DNA of 64,000 nt from an uncultured bacterium. Lineage in GTDB: Bacteria > Krumholzibacteriota > Krumholzibacteriia > JACNKJ01. The translations under genes were made by a program, and so were the position numbers. Every line of letters begins with the position of its first letter. The stretch's first letter is position 1. The notes under the pieces are model-generated. The model was not told where the DNA came from, did no database searches, and saw nothing but the letters and a program-made list of their open reading frames with translations. Below are positions 10,097 through 21,168 of the stretch, piece after piece. The stretch lies in NCBI GenBank assembly GCA_963695095.1, contig CAVOFT010000001.1, forward strand, positions 640,001 through 704,000. Direction: 5' to 3'.

Positions 10097-10241
10097 CACA
10101 GGCAAGAAAAGTGAGGACAACCACGACTTCGCAGTCTTGAATTAGGAAATCTGAAGGCGGCAGGCCGAGCGCGGAATCCAGTGGCGAGCGCCTTCGCCGC
10201 CATGCTATCGAGAGGGGGGTGCCGGGAACCGGGGGAGCATC

Positions 10242-10934
10242 GTGCGCGGACTGGGCAACATTCCTGTCACTCGGTGGACCCTCCGCGGCCTGGCGCTCGG
10301 CCTCCTGCTGATGGCCCCGCCGCCCGCGGGCTCGGCGGCCGGGCAGGCCGCTGCCCCGTCCGGCCCAACTTCCGGGCTGATTCCCGCCCCCCTGCTTTCC
10401 CTGCGCGAGAAGTACCATCCCCTCGTTCCCGGCACGGTCTGGACCTATCAGGTCGTGGAAGGCGGCCGCAGCTACGAGCAGCGCGTCGAGTTGCGCCCGG
10501 GCGAGGAGCCGGGCAGCTTCGAGCTGGAGACCTTTTCGCCGAAGCGCCGCGTGCGCTACCGGCTGTCCGTGCAGGGCGAGACCGTGCTCCTCCATCGCGT
10601 GGAAGCCAGGCTGTCCTTCCTGCCCCTCTGGCGCCGCCAGAGCTTCGCGCCGCCTCTGCCCTTCCTGAATCTGGAGCGAGGGCTCGTGAACGCGTGGACC
10701 TGGTCCGGCGAGGCGGCGGGTGACCACGGTCGAGTCAGCCGCATCCTTTACTGCGCCAGAGCGCTGGGCGCCGAGGGCGGCGCGGGCGAGGTCGAGCTGG
10801 AGGTCATCGCGGCCTGCGCCGCCGGCTCGGAAGCCGGCGCCGTCTATCGCGCGCAGTACGCGTCGGGCATCGGGCTCGTGCGCGTCGAGAGCAAGGACTA
10901 CTCGAAGGTCCTGGTGGGGCACCGGTCGCCCTAG
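10242..10934 (+). CDS. Hypothetical exported protein
   Basis: GTG after GGGGAG; signal-like N-terminus; YHPLVPGTVWTY..YASGIGLVR. Confidence 0.65.
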   Translation: MRGLGNIPVTRWTLRGLALGLLLMAPPPAGSAAGQAAAPSGPTSGLIPAPLLSLREKYHPLVPGTVWTYQVVEGGRSYEQRVELRPGEEPGSFELETFSPKRRVRYRLSVQGETVLLHRVEARLSFLPLWRRQSFAPPLPFLNLERGLVNAWTWSGEAAGDHGRVSRILYCARALGAEGGAGEVELEVIAACAAGSEAGAVYRAQYASGIGLVRVESKDYSKVLVGHRSP

Positions 10935-10977
10935 CCGATCGCCGGCAGGCACTATCGGGCGCGGCCAAGCGCTGCCC

Positions 10978-12189
10978 CTACTTCGCCGGCAGGGGCAGGG
11001 CCTCGGCGCCGGCCGGCAGGGCGCGATCGGGCACGCGGATGCGCAGGCAGACGAAGAAGCCGCCCAGCGCGATGGCCCCGGCCAGGATGAACACCCAGCG
11101 GAAGCCCCAGGCCTCCCAGAGATAGCCCGAGAGCACGGGCAGGCTCATCGCCACGGCGTGATCGATGGTGATGCCCAGCGACACGCTGGGCGTGATGTCG
11201 GCCGGGTCGCGGGCGATCTTCTTGAGGTAGGTGGTGCGCGCCACGCGCAGGGCGAAGAGCAGGTTGTCGAGCACGTAGGCGGCGTAGAGCAGGCGCAGAT
11301 CCCAGGGCGCGGGCAGGAGGTCGCTGGCGAAGGCGTAGACGAGGCAGACCGCCAACAGGAAGAGCTCGTCGGCCGCGAGCACGGTGCGCTCGCCGAGCCA
11401 GTCGATGACCTCGCCCAGCAGGGGACGCAGCACGATGCCCAGGGTGGCCGAGATGAAGTAGAGCAGCGCGATCGTCGCCACGCTCACGCCGTGCATCGAG
11501 ACCAGCACCCAGGAGCCGAAGACGAGGAAGATCTGCTTGCGGATGCCGAAGAGCGCGCTGATCGCGTAGAAGAGCCCGTACTCGCGCCGCACGACGAGGC
11601 GATGGCTGCGCGGCTCGCCCTTGCCCGTGCGCAGGCCGAGATAGAAGGCTCCCGAGACCAGCGCGAAGCCGGCGGCCAGCACGTAGAAGAGCGGGTAGTT
11701 GTTGCCGCCGAACTTGGCGAGCAGGTAGATCAGCCCGACGCCGACGATCGTGCCCAGGTTCCGCGCGCCGCCGAGCTGGCCCAGGCGCTTGCCCTCGCTG
11801 CCCGCGCGGGAGAGCTTGAGGCCGAGCGGGCCGTCCACGGCGAAGAGGATGTGGTCGCCCAGGGACCAGATCGCCACCCAGACCACGACGAGGGCCGTGC
11901 TCGGCGCGAGACGCGCGAGGCCGAGCGCACCCAGCGCGGCCAGGGCCATGGCCAGGCCGGCCATCTTGCTCTCGCGCATCCAGAGCGCGAGCAGGCCCGT
12001 GACGCCGACGAGGAGGAAGCCCGGCAGCTCGCGCGGGAACTCCAGCCAGCCGCGCGCCTCGGCGCCGAACCCGTGGATCTCGGCCAGGTAGTTGTTGAGG
12101 GTGGCGGCGAAGATGCCGGCCGCGGCGCCGAAGAAGGCGGTGGCGCCCAGGAGGCGGAGGAGTTCGCGGCGCTGCTCGGCGTTTCCCAT
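10978..12189 (-). CDS. MFS transporter
   Basis: 403 aa with about 12 hydrophobic segments; LEFPRELPG motif; probably leaderless (TAGCAT 6 nt before ATG). Confidence 0.85.
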   Translation of the reverse strand: MGNAEQRRELLRLLGATAFFGAAAGIFAATLNNYLAEIHGFGAEARGWLEFPRELPGFLLVGVTGLLALWMRESKMAGLAMALAALGALGLARLAPSTALVVVWVAIWSLGDHILFAVDGPLGLKLSRAGSEGKRLGQLGGARNLGTIVGVGLIYLLAKFGGNNYPLFYVLAAGFALVSGAFYLGLRTGKGEPRSHRLVVRREYGLFYAISALFGIRKQIFLVFGSWVLVSMHGVSVATIALLYFISATLGIVLRPLLGEVIDWLGERTVLAADELFLLAVCLVYAFASDLLPAPWDLRLLYAAYVLDNLLFALRVARTTYLKKIARDPADITPSVSLGITIDHAVAMSLPVLSGYLWEAWGFRWVFILAGAIALGGFFVCLRIRVPDRALPAGAEALPLPAK

Positions 12190-12471
12190 TCGCCCATGCT
12201 AGGCAAAGCCGCTGCCGCCCGCAAGCGGGGCGCGGCGGCGCCCCGGCGCCGTCCCCAAGATTATTTTTGAGGCGGCCCGTTGCCGAGCGTATCCGGTTCG
12301 TTCCAGGCGTGTCCGGTGCCATCCTGACGGCATGCAGAGGCGGATCTGCCCGTGATTTTGCTGATGAGACGGCGCAGCCGCCCTGCTATACTCAGGCGCC
12401 TCGAACCCTGGTCGCGTTCGCATCCACAGTCCAGCAGCAGCCGGCCCGCGGCCGGTCCAGGAGAACACTAC

Positions 12472-13578
12472 ATGCGCAGCCTCAAGCTCATCCTCTTCCT
12501 CGCCGCCATCCTCACCCTTGGCCTCGCCGGCTGCAGCCGCGACAGCAGTCCCCTGTCGCCGGCCGCCGGCGACGACGCCCCCGGCCCGCTCTTCGGCTGG
12601 CAGTTGCCTGCCGAGGCCACTCTCACCGAGCGCCACGCTGAAGCGTCTACGTCGTCGAGTCCAGCTACCAGACCGTGAACGCCCATCGCCTGACCCGGGA
12701 CTGGGACGAAGCTACGGTCACCTGGGCCAGCTTCGCCGTCGACGACGGCGGCGCCTACGCGCCCGCGGTGCTCGCCGGCTTCACGGCCGACTTCGGCGCC
12801 GGCTATGCGAGCATGGACGTCACCGCGCAGGTGCTCGCCTGGATGAACGGCGAGGATCCCAACTTCGGCTTCCTGCTCCGGCAGCCGCTCGCCGACAGCC
12901 CGCGCACGGAGATGCTCAGCCGCGAGCGCGCCGCGAACCGCCCCGTGCTCGAGATCGTGTACAGCCTGAACGGCGAGACCGATCACCACCGAGATCGAGC
13001 GCCCTGGCCGATGCGCAGATCAACGCGCGGCGAGCCGGACACGGCCTTCGGCCTCGTGGACAAGCTCTACGCCGGCTGGCGGGACGCGGCGCGAGAAGGC
13101 CAGCCTGATCCGCTTCGACCTCGACGTCCAGCCTCCGGACGATGACGAGGGCGGCTGCAGCCTGACCATCGGCTTCTGGAAGACCCACTGCGGCTTCGGT
13201 CCCCAGGCCGACGAGGTGACCCCGCTGCTCGGTGACGGCATCTGGCTCGGCGATCCCGCGGGGCCGAAGTCCCTGGCCGTGACGAACCGGACGATCGCCC
13301 GCGACGTGCTGCGCGAGAACGTCTACGGCAGCCAGAGCAACGGCATCACGAAGCTCTACGCACAACTGCTTGGCACCAAGCTGAACGTCGCCAACGGCGC
13401 CGATGACGACGCGGTAGAGGCGGCGATCGCCGCGGCCGATGCCTTCCTCGCCACGCACAACCACTTGGACTGGGCCGGCCTCTCCGCGGCCGACCGGGCG
13501 CAAGTGCTGGCCTGGAAGGATACTTGCGACGACTATAACAATGGCGAAATCGGCCCCGGCCACTGCGGCGACGAGTAG
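12472..13578 (+). CDS. Lipoprotein with DNRLRE-like domain and C-terminal 'TIGFWKxH' domain; frameshifted
   Basis: Lipobox LAGC; WDEATVTW, DVTAQVLAW, NFGFLL and SRE..RPVLEI; clear paralogue of the next gene. Confidence 0.75.
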
Positions 13579-13626
13579 GTCCGAGCTGCCGGCGGCCCCC
13601 GCCGCCTGGAAGAGCATGGGATACAT

Positions 13627-13658
13627 GGCCCGCCGGCGCTCGCCGGCGGGCCTTTTCT
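13627..13658 (+). terminator. Intrinsic terminator
   Basis: GGCCCGCCGGCG/CGCCGGCGGGCC stem followed by TTTTCT. Confidence 0.8.
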
Positions 13659-13862
13659 CGCGGAGGACCCCGAGCTGGTCGTGGTCAGCTGGCGCCCAGG
13701 AGGTCGCGGTTCAGGGCCACGAGGCATTCCTTTCCCGCGCCGATTCTGCGATACTGAAGGCCGCCACAGGCTTCCGTTGCCGGAACTCGAGCGCCCGCGG
13801 GGGCGTTCCGCCACCCCTCGGCAAACACAACCGTCGACAGACGACATCTGGGGAGGATATCC

Positions 13863-15302
13863 ATGCTCAAAGTCAGGCAGATCCTGCTTTTCACCGCCCT
13901 GGCGGCCCTGCTCCTTGCGGGCTGCAGCCAGGATCGCGGGCCCATCGCGCCCACCAACGATGCGCCGCCGGCGGACCTCGGCTACGTCCTGCCTGAAGGC
14001 GCCACACTGACCTCGGCCACCTTCAAGGTCTTTGCGGTCGGGGCCACCTTCGAGAACGTCGGGATCTACAGGACCACGGTGGATTGGGAGGAAACGACAG
14101 TCACCTGGGACAACTTCGATCTCTACGGCGGCTCATTCGACCCCGCTGCCCTGGGCGGCTTCACGGTCAGTACGGGCATGACCTACTACGCTGTCGATGT
14201 CACGGCTCAGGTGATGGCCTGGATGAACGGAGACCAGCCGAACTACGGCCTCCTCATCAAGCAGCCGGTCGAGCTGAGCCAGCGCACCGAGTACTACAGC
14301 CGCGAGCGCGGGACCGATCCGCCCGTGCTCGAGCTCGTCTACACGATCGGTGGCGAGACCGTCACCGAGCTGCTCGAGCCCCTGGCCGATGCGATGATCA
14401 ATGCCGTCGAGCCGGCCGTCAACTACGGCACACTGGACAAGCTCTACTCCGGCTGGCGCAACGAGGGCGAGAAGGTCTCCCTGGTGCGCTTCGATCTCGA
14501 CATCGTCGAGCCAGAGCTGGCCGCCATCGGCGATTTCGTCTGGTACGACATGAACCAGAACGGCGTGCAGGACGACGGTGAGGCCGGCGTGCCGGCGTCA
14601 CCGTGCACCTGACCGACTGCCAGGGCAACATGCTGGGCATGATGCTGACGGACGAGAACGGCTACTATCTGTTCGGCAACCTGGAGCCCGGCAACTACGC
14701 CGTCCACTTCGTGCTGCCGGACGGCTACGTCTTCACGATGCAGGACATCGGCCCGGACGACCTGGACAGCGACGCCGATCCCCAGACGGGCGCGACGATC
14801 TGCACCGAGCTGGTGGCAGGCGAGACCGATCTCACCTGGGACGCCGGCATCTTCATGCCCGAGCAGGAAGAGGGCTGCTCGCACACCATCGGCTACTGGA
14901 AGAACCACGGCGGCTCGGCCCCCAGGCGGACGTGGTGACGGCCTGCTCGGCAGCGGCATCTGGCTAGGGGATGCGGACGGCGACGAGTCGCTGGCCGTGA
15001 TCAACCGGACCATCGCCTACAACGTGCTGCGGCAGCGCGTCTACGGGAGCCCGAGCAATGGGATCACCAAGCTCTACGCCCAGCTCCTGGGCGCCAAGCT
15101 GAGCATCGCCGACGGCGCCGGCGATGGGGCGGTGGCCATGGCCATCGCGGCGGCCGATGCCTTCCTGGCGAGCCATGACTGGACTGACTGGAACGGCCTG
15201 TCCACCGCCCAGAAGGACATGGTCATGGCCTGGCACGGCATGTTCGATGACTACAACAACGGCGAGATCGGCCCCGGCCACTGCGACGAAACCGGGGAGT
15301 AG
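13863..15302 (+). CDS. Lipoprotein with DNRLRE-like, SdrD B-like and 'TIGYWKNH' domains; frameshifted
   Basis: Lipobox LAGC; IGDFVWYDMNQNGVQDDGEAG..TDENGYYLFGNL..DSDAD..WDAGI (SdrD B-like); indels near 14595 and 14915-14945. Confidence 0.8.
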
Positions 15303-15370
15303 CGCCGCACGCAGCCGCCCCCACCCCGCCCGGCGGGGATGGCTGCCAAGGAATGCTGCGATTCACGAGG

Positions 15371-15403
15371 AGCCCGCCGGCAGCCGCCGGCGGGCTTCGT
15401 CTT
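15371..15403 (+). terminator. Probable terminator hairpin
   Basis: AGCCCGCCGGC-agcc-GCCGGCGGGCT then TCGTCTT; similar to the hairpin after the first paralogue. Confidence 0.6.
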
Positions 15404-15431
15404 GACTCCTAATCAGGCCCGCCGCCCGATT

Positions 15432-15464
15432 GGACTTGAATCCCAATTCAAGGCCCTTTAACCT
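15432..15464 (+). promoter_or_regulatory. Promoter with palindromic operator upstream of the cytochrome gene
   Basis: TTGAAT, 17 bp, TAACCT; inverted repeat GGACTTGAAT-ccca-ATTCAAGGCC overlaps the -35. Confidence 0.6.
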
Positions 15465-15573
15465 GGTTGGTGCGCTGGGCCCTGAGGGCCCTGCGCGCGG
15501 CCTCTGGAGGCATACGCGTCGCCGCTACCGGCAGCCCCGTGGCCAGGATTGACACTCTCTACAGGAGGCGGTC

Positions 15574-18257
15574 ATGATCATCGTACGCGCACCTCGCATC
15601 GCAGGCACCCTGGGCGCCTTGCTCCTCCTCTGCGCCGCGAGCGCCCAGGCCAGGAATCCAATCAGGAATGCCTTCTTCAGCGTGTATCCCTCGGCGCAGG
15701 GCACGGTGCTCTCGGATGTACCGAGCAATGCCGCGCACTGCGGCGTCTGCCACTTCGACTTCGACGGCAGCGGCACGCGCAATGCCTACGGTCTGGCCGT
15801 CCAGGTGGCCATCGCCTCGGGGCAGTACGGCTCCACCGCTGCCGCCATCCAGTCCCTGGACGCCCTGGACTCCGACGGCGACGGCTACAGCAACCTCATC
15901 GAGATCATCGACACGGCCAACTTCGGCAACACGCCCACCTTTCCCGGCCTCTCGGCCAGCAACGTGGGCAATGTCGTCAACGTGAACCCCGCCGATCTGA
16001 CGGCCCACCTCACGCCCAGCGGCGGCACGGACACAACGCCGCCACAGGTCTGGGTGCTCGGTCCCAACGGCGGCGAGAGCATCGCGCCGAACGGCCTGGA
16101 GATCGTGACCTGGACGGCCGAGGACCCCAGCGGCATCGGCGCCGTCAACATCTACCAGTCCGACGACGGCGGCCTCCACTGGCACACGCTGGCCCGCGGC
16201 CTCGCCGACACGGGCAGCTTCGACTGGTTCGTGCCCAACCGCCCGGGCGCGCTCAACCGGATTCGCGTCGAGGCCCGCGACGGCGCCGGCAACCTCGGCG
16301 ACGACGAGAGCGACGGCTTCTTCACGATCCTGCCCTGCGCCGGCGGCACCGTGCCCACCACCCTGCGCGACTTCGACCTGCGCGGGGACGCAGCCCCTGG
16401 AGGCGGGCATCCTGGATGATCCCACCCGAGAGCTGCGTCACCTGCCACGGCGAGTACGACCCCGCCGTCGAGCCCTGGCACAACTGGCGGGGCAGCATGA
16501 TGGGCCAGGCCATGCGCGACCCGCTCTTCCTGGCCACCATGGTGCGTCGCCGAGCAGGACGCGCCGGCCGTCGGGCGACCTCTGCCTGCGCTGCCACACG
16601 CCCGGCGGCTGGCAGGAGGGGCGCTCGGCCGACACCAGCGGCGGCCTGCTCATGCGCCAAGGACCGCGAGGCGGTGCAGTGCGACTTCTGCCACCGGCTG
16701 GTCGACCCGATCTACGCGGCGGGCGTCAGCCCGCTGGCGGACCTGGACATCCTCGCCGATCTGGCCGAGCTGCCCCTGCGACGACGGCCAACGGCCAGTT
16801 CGTCACCGACCCCGACCCCATCCGCCGCGGGCCCTACGCCGACGCGCCAGGCGGACCACCAGTTCCTCGAGTCGCCCTTCCACCGCGACGCGCGACCTGT
16901 GCGGCACCTGCCACGACGTGAGCAACCCGGTCTTCGTGCAGGGCGCAGCGCCCGGCGAGTACGTCGCCCACGCCCTCGACGCGCCCCACCCGGACGGCGA
17001 CCTGCGCAACATGTTCCCGGTCGAGCGCACCTTCAGCGAGTGGACGATGAGCGAGTACGCCGACGACGGGCGTCTACGCGCCCCAGTTCGCGGGCAACAA
17101 GCCCGACGGCATCGTCTCGCACCTGCCAGGACTGCCACATGCGGGACGTCACCGGCCGCGGCGCCGACGGCGGCCCGGTGCGCAGCGACCTGCCGCTGCA
17201 CGACCTCACCGGCGGCAACCACTTCGTGCCGGACATCCTGCCCGAGTTCTACCCCGGCGAGGTGAACGCGGCCCAGCTCCAGGACGCGCAAGCTGCGCGC
17301 CGATCGACATGCTGCAGCTGGCGGCCACGCTGGAGCTGACCGAGTCGACGTCGACGGCGCAGTCGGCGGTCGACGGTGACGCGTGACCAACGAGACCGGC
17401 CACAAGCTGCCCTCGGGCTATCCGGAGGGGCGGCGGATCTGGATCAACGTGAAGGCCTACGACGACAGCCGATGCCGCTGGTCTACGAGTCGGGCGCCTA
17501 CGACGCGGCCACCGGCGAGCTGACGCCACGACGCGGACGTCGAAGATCTACGAGATCAAGCCGGGCATCTCGACGCGGCTGGCGGGCGCGCTCGGGCCTG
17601 CCGGCCGGGCCCGTCGTTCCACTTCGTGCTCAACGACACGGTCTACAGCGACAACCGGATCCCGCCGCGCGGCTTCACGAACGCGGCGTTCACGGCGATC
17701 CAGTCGCCGCCGGTGGCCCACGCCTACGCGGACGGCCAGTACTGGGACGAGACGGTCTACCTGCTGCCCGCCGGCCGCAGCTGGATAGAGGTGACGCTCT
17801 ACTACCAGACGACCTCGAAGGAGTACATCGAGTTCCTGCGCGACGAGCAACGTCACCAACAGCCTCGGCGACGAGCTCTACGCGGCCTGGGTGGCGCAGG
17901 GCCGCGCCGCCCCGGTGACCATGGCCGCAGCGGCAATCCTCCTCAGCGGCACGGGCCTGCCGGAGGACAGCCCGGCGGCAGTGTTCGCGCTGAACCAGAA
18001 TGCGCCCAATCCCTTCAACCCGAGCACGCTGCATCGAGTACAGCCTGCCGGCAGCCGGGCCCGTGCGCCTCGTCGTGCTGGACGCGCAGGGGCGCCGCGT
18101 GTGCACCCTCGTCGACGATCTGCAGAGCGCCGGCATCCACGCCGTGCGCTGGGATGGCCGGGATCAGGCGGGCAACCGCCTCGCGTCCGGGGTCTACCTC
18201 TATCGCCTGGAGGCGGGTAGCCTGACGGCAACGAGGAAGATGCTTCTGCTCAAATGA
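15574..18257 (+). CDS. Secreted multiheme c-type cytochrome (6 CxxCH) with Ig-like domain and FlgD-Ig/T9SS-like C-terminal domain; many frameshifts
   Basis: Signal peptide; CGVCH ~15739, CVTCH ~16434, CLRCH ~16583, CDFCH ~16680, CGTCH ~16900, CQDCH ~17124; [43 protein letters not shown]. Confidence 0.8.
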
Positions 18258-18288
18258 TCCTCTCATGCCAAGGATCCGGCCCATGCCA

Positions 18289-18324
18289 GGCGCCGGCCCC
18301 CGCCTGGGGCCGGCGCTGTTTCTT
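18289..18324 (+). terminator. Intrinsic terminator
   Basis: GGCGCCGGCCCC/GGGGCCGGCGCT stem then GTTTCTT. Confidence 0.65.
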
Positions 18325-18470
18325 GGCCATCGCCCTTCATCGCAGGGGTCGCGGCCGCGATCCGGGCCCCTGCGATCGCGGGAAAAGCGCGGATTCTCTT
18401 GCAGCGAGGCGCCGGGCGGGTCAGGATAGCGCCTCGCGCCGCTCCGGCCGCGAACGGGATGGCCTTTTTC

Positions 18471-19610
18471 ATGCGCATCGCCCTCACGACGGAGACCTGG
18501 CTGCCCAAGCGCGACGGGATCACGCGCACGCTCTGCCACCTGCTCGAGCATCTGGAGCGGCAGGGTCACGAGGCGCTGCTCTTCGCTCCGGAGGGCGGGG
18601 AGGATCGCCACGGCGCCACGCGCGTGGTGGGCCTGCCGGCCTGCGGACTGCCGGTCTATCCCGGCCTCCGCCTGGCGGGGGGCCAGAAGCGCCTCGCCGC
18701 CGAGCTGGCCGCCTTCGCGCCGGACCTGGTTCACCTCATCGGGCCGGTCTGGCTGGGGCGCGCCGCCCTGCGCTGCGCCCGCGCGCTGGAGCTGCCGGTC
18801 ATCTCCAGCTACCACACGGATCTGCCCGCCTATGCGGGCAGCTACCGGCTGCCCTTTCTCAAGGAGTTCGCCTGGACCTGGCTGCGCCGCCTGCACAACC
18901 AGACGGACCGCACGCTTGCGCCCTCCCGTTTCACCCGCGCGCAGCTCGAGGCCCAGGGTTTCCAGCGCCTCGGCATCTGGGCGGGCGGCGTCGATAGCCA
19001 GCACTTCCATCCCCGGCGGGCGGATGCCGACTGGCGCCGGCGCCTGAGCGGCGGCGAGCCCGAGCGGCCGCTGCTCATCTGCGTGAGCCGCCTGGCGGCG
19101 GAAAAGCGCCTCGAGTGGCTCAGGGAGCTGGTGGTCGCCCGGCCCGACCTGCGCCTGGCCCTGGTGGGCGAGGGCCCGCGCCGCGCCGAGCTGGAGCGGC
19201 TCTTCGCCGGCACGCCCACCGTCTTCACCGGCCACCTGGACGGGGACGCGCTGGCCGCCGCCTATGCCTCGGCGGACCTCTTCGTCTTTCCCTCGGTGAC
19301 GGAGACCTTCGGCAACGTCGTCTTCGAGGCCATGGCCTCGGGGCTGCCGGTGGTGGCCGCCGACCTGGGCGGTCAGGTCGAGCACGTGCAGCCCGGCCTC
19401 AACGGCCTGCTCTTCCGCGCGGAGGAGCCGGCCAGCCTCGTGAGCAGCGCGGTCGCCCTGCTGGCGGATCCCGAGCGCCGTCGCGAGCTCGGCCGCAACG
19501 CGCGCCGCTACGCCGAGGCCCGGCCCTGGGCGGCCTGCCTGGACGGGCTGCTCGAGGACTACGGCCGGCTCGTCGCGCGTCGGCATGTTCGGGCGATGGC
19601 CGCGCGCTGA
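18471..19610 (+). CDS. GT4-family glycosyltransferase
   Basis: MRIALTTETWLPKRDGITRTL; SRLAAEK; FPSVTETFGNVVFEAMASGLPVV (E-x7-E motif). Confidence 0.92.
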   Translation: MRIALTTETWLPKRDGITRTLCHLLEHLERQGHEALLFAPEGGEDRHGATRVVGLPACGLPVYPGLRLAGGQKRLAAELAAFAPDLVHLIGPVWLGRAALRCARALELPVISSYHTDLPAYAGSYRLPFLKEFAWTWLRRLHNQTDRTLAPSRFTRAQLEAQGFQRLGIWAGGVDSQHFHPRRADADWRRRLSGGEPERPLLICVSRLAAEKRLEWLRELVVARPDLRLALVGEGPRRAELERLFAGTPTVFTGHLDGDALAAAYASADLFVFPSVTETFGNVVFEAMASGLPVVAADLGGQVEHVQPGLNGLLFRAEEPASLVSSAVALLADPERRRELGRNARRYAEARPWAACLDGLLEDYGRLVARRHVRAMAAR

Positions 19611-19658
19611 GCGCATCTGCGCTAGGCCGGATGCAGCGATCCCTGCTATAATGCCGTC

Positions 19659-19751
19659 GGCGCGCGCGGTTGGGTGAGCCCTTCTGTGCGAGCTCCTCTG
19701 CGTCGCCTCTCCTAGTTGCCCTGGCGCCTTTCGGCGCCGGGGTTCCTTTTT
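19659..19751 (+). ncRNA. Candidate small regulatory RNA (~93 nt)
   Basis: Perfect extended -10 TGcTATAAT at 19644-19652; 5' stem-loop; pyrimidine-rich linker with two CTCCT; terminator hairpin 19719-19742 plus T-run; no plausible ORF. Confidence 0.55.
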
Positions 19752-19801
19752 ACGCCGACGCCTCCTGCTGGCCCGACGGCAGGGCTCCCGCCAATCGAGC
19801 G

Positions 19802-21168
19802 TTACTGAAGCAGCAGCATCTTGCGGGCCTCGCGCGCGCCGGCCGTCTCCACCTCGTAGAAGTAGACGCCCGAGGGCAGAGCCTCGCCCTGCCGGTCGCG
19901 CCCATCCCAGCGGAAGCTGTAGCTGCCGGCCGCCGCGTGCTCGCGCGTGGTTTCGAGCAGCACGCGCCCGCCGGGGCTGACGATGCGCAGGGTGACCCTG
20001 CCCGGCGCCGACAGCTCGTAGGCGAAGCTGGTGCTCGGGTTGAAGGGGTTGGGGTGGTTCTGGCCGAGCTTGAGGCGCGCCGCCTCCACGTCCGCGGGCG
20101 CTGCCGTGAGATCGGCCCGGTAGAAGATCACCTGGCCCATCACCTTCCAGTTGGGCGGCGTGGTGGCGTTGTAGTTGCAGTCCGTGCAGGTCACGCCGGG
20201 GACGCAGTCCGGGTTGGTCGGATTGCAGGGGTTGAAGTACTCCTGGATGTTGTAGTCCACGCTGAGCGGCTGGCCCGGCGTGATCAGGCTCGTGATGTCG
20301 TTGTCCCAGGGCGTCACCTTGTCGCCGGGGCACCAGCCGGCGCGCGCGTACTGCCAGGTGCCGCCCTGCGGGCTGCAGGGGTTCGTCGAGCAGATGTTCC
20401 ACAGCACGTGCGAGAAGCTCCCCGCGTCCACCACGAGGGAGTGGGTCTTGGGGCAGAACTCGGCGCAGTTCTGGGCGAAGCCGAAGCCGTGGCCGGTGGT
20501 GGTCATGCGCAGCTTCGCCGCGACGGCGTCGGCGGGCACGTCGACGAGCAGCGGCCGGCAGCTCGGCCTCGTGGGCGAAGGGCGTGTCGCCGTAGACGAT
20601 CCAGTCGTCGAGGTAGAGATTCGTCACCGCGAAGGGCTGCAGCGCCGCTCGCCCCGTGCACGAAGCCGAAGTCGCAGGTGATCAGCCAGCCGCGCGTGTT
20701 GCCCATCCAGGACTCGATGTAGAGCTTGAGCGTCTGACGTGTCCTTCAGCAGGAACTTGTAGTCGGTGAGGTCGAAGGTCCAGGTGCAGGTGCCGGGGTA
20801 GTTCGCGGGCCCGTGATGTCGTAGGGCGTGATGAAGCGCGCGATCTCGACGTCGCGCGTGGCGCCGCCGCCGAGGTCCTCCTCCAGGCGCAGCCAGGCGT
20901 AGCGGTCCCAGGGGTCGCAGTCGCCGGGCGGGCCGGGGCAGCCGATGGTCATCACCAGCAGCACTTCGCTGTAGAGCTCCGGGTGCGCGGGGAAGCTGAA
21001 GTCCGCCACGTGGGGCGTGGCCCAGTTGATGAACTCCTCGTCGAAGGTGCGCAGCCAGGTGGTGTCCGGCCAGGCGGGGGCCTGATCGGCCAGCGCCGTG
21101 CCGGCCGTCAGCAAGAGCAGGGTCGCGAGGGCCAGATGGAGAGCGGCGAAACGATGAGCAGTGCGCAT
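19802..21168 (-). CDS. PNGase F-related secreted protein with FlgD-Ig/T9SS-like C-terminal domain; frameshifted
   Basis: CDPWDR, EIARFITPY, TTGHG, NCAEFC and [33 protein letters not shown]. Confidence 0.8.

Noticed and set aside
12472..15302. Diversity-generating retroelement template/variable repeat pair
   Set aside because: The paralogues differ at all base types along their length, and no reverse transcriptase is present.
15402..15416. FNR box TTGACTCCTAATCAG
   Set aside because: Spacing and right half do not fit TTGAT-N4-ATCAA.
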